A stretch of DNA of 61,904 nucleotides, counting the filler, from Aduncisulcus paluster (taxonomy: Eukaryota): the NCBI GenBank assembly GCA_024181965.1. It is 5 parts of 5 records of this genome, joined end to end, with 100 filler letters (N's around TTAATTAATTAA, not from the genome) between each part and the next. Parts side by side here need not be neighbours in the genome. Positions count along the whole stretch, not along the records: positions 56,457 to 60,083 come from BQXS01012748.1; positions 60,184 to 61,904 come from BQXS01013132.1; 3 more parts are not named here. One strand, written 5' to 3'. The first letter of the stretch is position 1; every line of letters begins with the position of its first letter. A model generated the notes under the pieces. It saw only the letters and a list, made by a program, of their open reading frames with translations. It was not told where the DNA came from and made no database searches. The position numbers and the translations under genes are program-made. This document shows, one piece after another, positions 59,326 through 61,904 of the stretch.

Positions 59326-60083
59326 ATGGGATTAAAGGCACTGTTATGTGGTTTTTTAGCCTATTATGGAACATATTATGTTGGATTCAAGGAAGGAAGG
59401 AAAACGCTGCAAGATTTGTATTCAGTTCGAAAATCATTTATCCCTAAATCATGCATTTCGAAGATTGATAAACCAAGAGACATCAACCACGTTTTAACCA
59501 TTATTTTAGATGTTGATTCAACAATTTTTGCGATAAAGAAATTACCGAATGGTGCTTCACAGGTAATCACCCGTCCTGGTGCGGAAGATTTTATAAAACG
59601 GATATCTCGCTATTGTGAAATAGTTCTCGCCACTGCTAGACCTCATATTGTTGGAACCAGAACTCTCGCCTCTCTCGATCCTGAGAAAATATGTGTTAAA
59701 CATGCCCTTCGAAGCAGTCGTATTCTTGTGCCCCGTTATGGTTTATTTGGGGGAATTCCAGGAAATAACAGGGGCTGTGCTGTGATTGCTGCGAATGCTG
59801 GAACTAAATTGGGTCGGAAAGCAGAAGCTTCGGCTGGCACTGTGATTGGTGTCACAACAACCGGTTTTTACGATAATATGAAAGAATCTTCCATTGGACG
59901 ATTATGGGGATTCATGGGTAAAAATATAGTCGGTCTTGGAAGTGTTTTGTCCAAAGTCACTGGAAATCTGCTTGGAAAATGTGGATTTAAATCATTTTCA
60001 AACGAAACCCAATTTATGAAAAAAATACAACGTCAGAAAAAGCAATTGTTGAATCGGATTACGCCCACTTCATTGTTTTCTGA
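59326..60083 (+). CDS. FCP1/NIF-type HAD phosphatase-domain protein with N-terminal hydrophobic segment (TIM50/CTDNEP1-like), 3' truncated
   Basis: LTIILDVDSTIF (DxDxT), RPGAEDFIKRISRYCEIVLATA, LASLDPEK. Confidence 0.8.
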
Positions 60084-60183
60084 NNNNNNNNNNNNNNNNN
60101 NNNNNNNNNNNNNNNNNNNNNNNNNNNTTAATTAATTAANNNNNNNNNNNNNNNNNNNNNNNNNNNNNNNNNNNNNNNNNNNN
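60084..60183. other. Artificial contig linker
   Basis: N44-TTAATTAATTAA-N44. Confidence 0.98.
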
Positions 60184-60454
60184 ATAGAGTATTATGAAAA
60201 ACTAAGATGATAGCTATTATAGTAATAGAATGTGACTATCTATTAATTCTCTCCCTCCTGGACCCCACGAACTCTAGAGTGAAAGTTAAAGGGGGACGAT
60301 GAGCGTTGACAGATATTTCCAATCTCCTCAGAATGTTCGGCGAGGACCATGCCAGCCACAGTGGATAACCACTAGGCAGTTTGTGAAAGATTCACCAATA
60401 ATATCTTAATAAACTTAACTTATACTATACTATACTGTACTATACTATACTGTA

Positions 60455-60639
60455 CTTGTACTGGAATATAATCTTGTACTGGAATATAATCTTGTACTGG
60501 AATATAATCTTGTACTGGAATATAATCTTGTACTGGAATATAATCTTGTACTGGAATATAATCTTGTACTGGAATATAATCTTGTACTGGAATATAATCT
60601 TGTACTGGAATATAATCTTGTACTGGAATATAATCTTGT
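60455..60639. repeat. 18-bp minisatellite (CTTGTACTGGAATATAAT) x10.3, preceded by a TATAC/TGTAC pentamer run
   Basis: Perfect units every 18 bp from 60455 to 60635. Confidence 0.96.
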
Positions 60640-61037
60640 GAAATTCATATTTAACAGATTTTATAAGGTATCTCAAATGTATTGCATGAAATCATACTTT
60701 TATCCGTGAAATAAGCCTTAATTCATGGAACCGAAATCCACCCCAACTACCTCATAGAACTCTTGGGTTCAGTCAGAACAAAACAATAATTAATGATACT
60801 AATTATAATATCTTCTAATAATCACCATCATAATAATCTTTATATTTGATTATGATTGAATCATAAAATCAATTCTTATAGAATATAAAGAGAGACAGTT
60901 AAGAAGATAATAAGCGATAATTAAATTCCTATATACTATTTAACATATCAAATCACAATTTATAACAGCCAATGTGAACATAATAACATCCACTCGATTT
61001 TGAAAATGTTGACTATGTTTTTTCTGACAGTTAGAAA

Positions 61038-61904
61038 ATGCCCAGGCAAACGAACCCTTTTGGCCTACCCACGGACATAATAGAATGCTCATGTGGTAAG
61101 AAATGGGATGGTCTTTCAAATTATTCTTCTCACCGAAGAAGAACTCGCTGCATGCCCACCAAGATCATATTCACGAAATTTAAGGCTTCTACAGATGAAA
61201 TTATCTTCGGGTTTAACAAAGCCCACAAGTTCCTGAACGCCAATGTATCCCAACATATCTGCTTTCTGGGAGCAATGAGGCACCGCGATATCAGCTCAGC
61301 CCCAGCCTCGATGCTGAGCTTTATCAGAGAAAACCGATCTTCCATGTGCTTCAGTTATGATGATCGGGACGAAACAATAGGGAAAACATTCAGAAAAACA
61401 GGCAGTGTTGGTATCGAACTTACCCCAAGTCCATCGGACCAACCACCACAGGACCCACAACCCCCTGTTCATCAACACAGTCGGTCATCAACCTCTGATC
61501 AACTTGTCACTTCTCGTGGACATGGTTCTTCAACGACATTGGGTCATTCCTCTGCTCATCAACTCAGTCCGTCATCAACCTCTGATCAACCTGTCACTTC
61601 TCGTGGACATGGTTCTTCAACGACATTGGGTCATTCCTCTGCTCATCAACTCAGTCCGTCATCAACCTCTGATCAACTTGTCACTTCTCGTGGACATGGT
61701 TCTTCAACGACATTGGGTCATTCCTCTGCTCATCAACTCAGTCCGTCATCAACCTCTGATCAACTTGTCACTTCTCGTGGACATGGTTCTTCAACGACAT
61801 TGGGTCATTCCTCTGCTCATCAACTCAGTCCGTCATCAACCTCTGATCAACCTGTCACTTCTCGTGGACATGGTTCTTCAACGACATTGGGTCATTCCTC
61901 TGCT
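61038..61904 (+). CDS. ORF with N-terminal CxC-x12-H-x5-C zinc finger and 29-aa tandem repeats, runs off window
   Basis: MPRQTNPFGLPTDIIECSCGKKWDGLSNYSSHRRRTRC... is open for 289 codons to the window end; missing from the ORF track because there is no stop. Confidence 0.72.
   Translation, partial: MPRQTNPFGLPTDIIECSCGKKWDGLSNYSSHRRRTRCMPTKIIFTKFKASTDEIIFGFNKAHKFLNANVSQHICFLGAMRHRDISSAPASMLSFIRENRSSMCFSYDDRDETIGKTFRKTGSVGIELTPSPSDQPPQDPQPPVHQHSRSSTSDQLVTSRGHGSSTTLGHSSAHQLSPSSTSDQPVTSRGHGSSTTLGHSSAHQLSPSSTSDQLVTSRGHGSSTTLGHSSAHQLSPSSTSDQLVTSRGHGSSTTLGHSSAHQLSPSSTSDQPVTSRGHGSSTTLGHSSA
61469..61904 (+). repeat. 87-bp coding tandem repeat x5 (HQLSPSSTSDQ[L/P]VTSRGHGSSTTLGHSSA)
   Basis: Units start at 61469, 61556, 61643, 61730, 61817; near-identical and frame-preserving. 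Confidence 0.95.

Noticed and set aside
60318..60357. HDV-like ribozyme on the minus strand (GGCTGGCATGGTCCTCGCCGAACATTCTGAGG)
   Set aside because: Primary-sequence resemblance only; P1 and P1.1 pairings of the nested double pseudoknot could not be built.
60440..60676. Repetitive ORFs (IIFQYK)n, (LYSSTR)n, (YWNIIL)n and those at 57195-57528
   Set aside because: By-products of translating minisatellites.
57228..61904. 17-, 18- and 87-bp arrays as CRISPR arrays
   Set aside because: Head-to-tail units with no unique spacers, no cas genes, eukaryotic context.

Overview
Compact, AT-rich eukaryotic nuclear DNA from a flagellated protist. The gene families, short 5'-biased introns and style suggest a free-living fornicate such as Aduncisulcus; this is inference, not verified. 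The window is not contiguous. Five contigs (1-18300, 18401-35116, 35217-56356, 56457-60083, 60184-61904) are joined by artificial 100-nt N/TTAATTAATTAA linkers, and five 20-N gaps are each flanked by a 237-394 bp artefactual duplication. It holds about 29 protein genes in the standard code plus tRNA-Thr(AGT). Recognisable genes are SF3B3/Rse1, Rab2, syntaxin-6-like SNARE, CLASP-like, Sfi1-like, NEK kinase, PDCD5, a TALE homeobox, an NME8/dynein-LC-type thioredoxin, and TVP15-like, HEATR6-like, WD40 and LRR proteins. Seven GTATG..AG introns were reconstructed by hand. Two genes absent from the ORF track were recovered: a divergent P-loop GTPase at the left edge and a zinc-finger ORF with 87-bp coding repeats at the right edge. 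Best leads are a likely UPF3 homologue, a RING-pseudokinase-multipass membrane protein, a degenerate ecto-5'-nucleotidase, a TIM50/FCP1-like phosphatase, an internalin-LRR/EGF surface protein, three genes split by single frameshifts, and a possible non-LTR retroelement 5' end. No prokaryotic system (CRISPR, operon, IS) is supported. All family calls are from motif recognition, without database searches.
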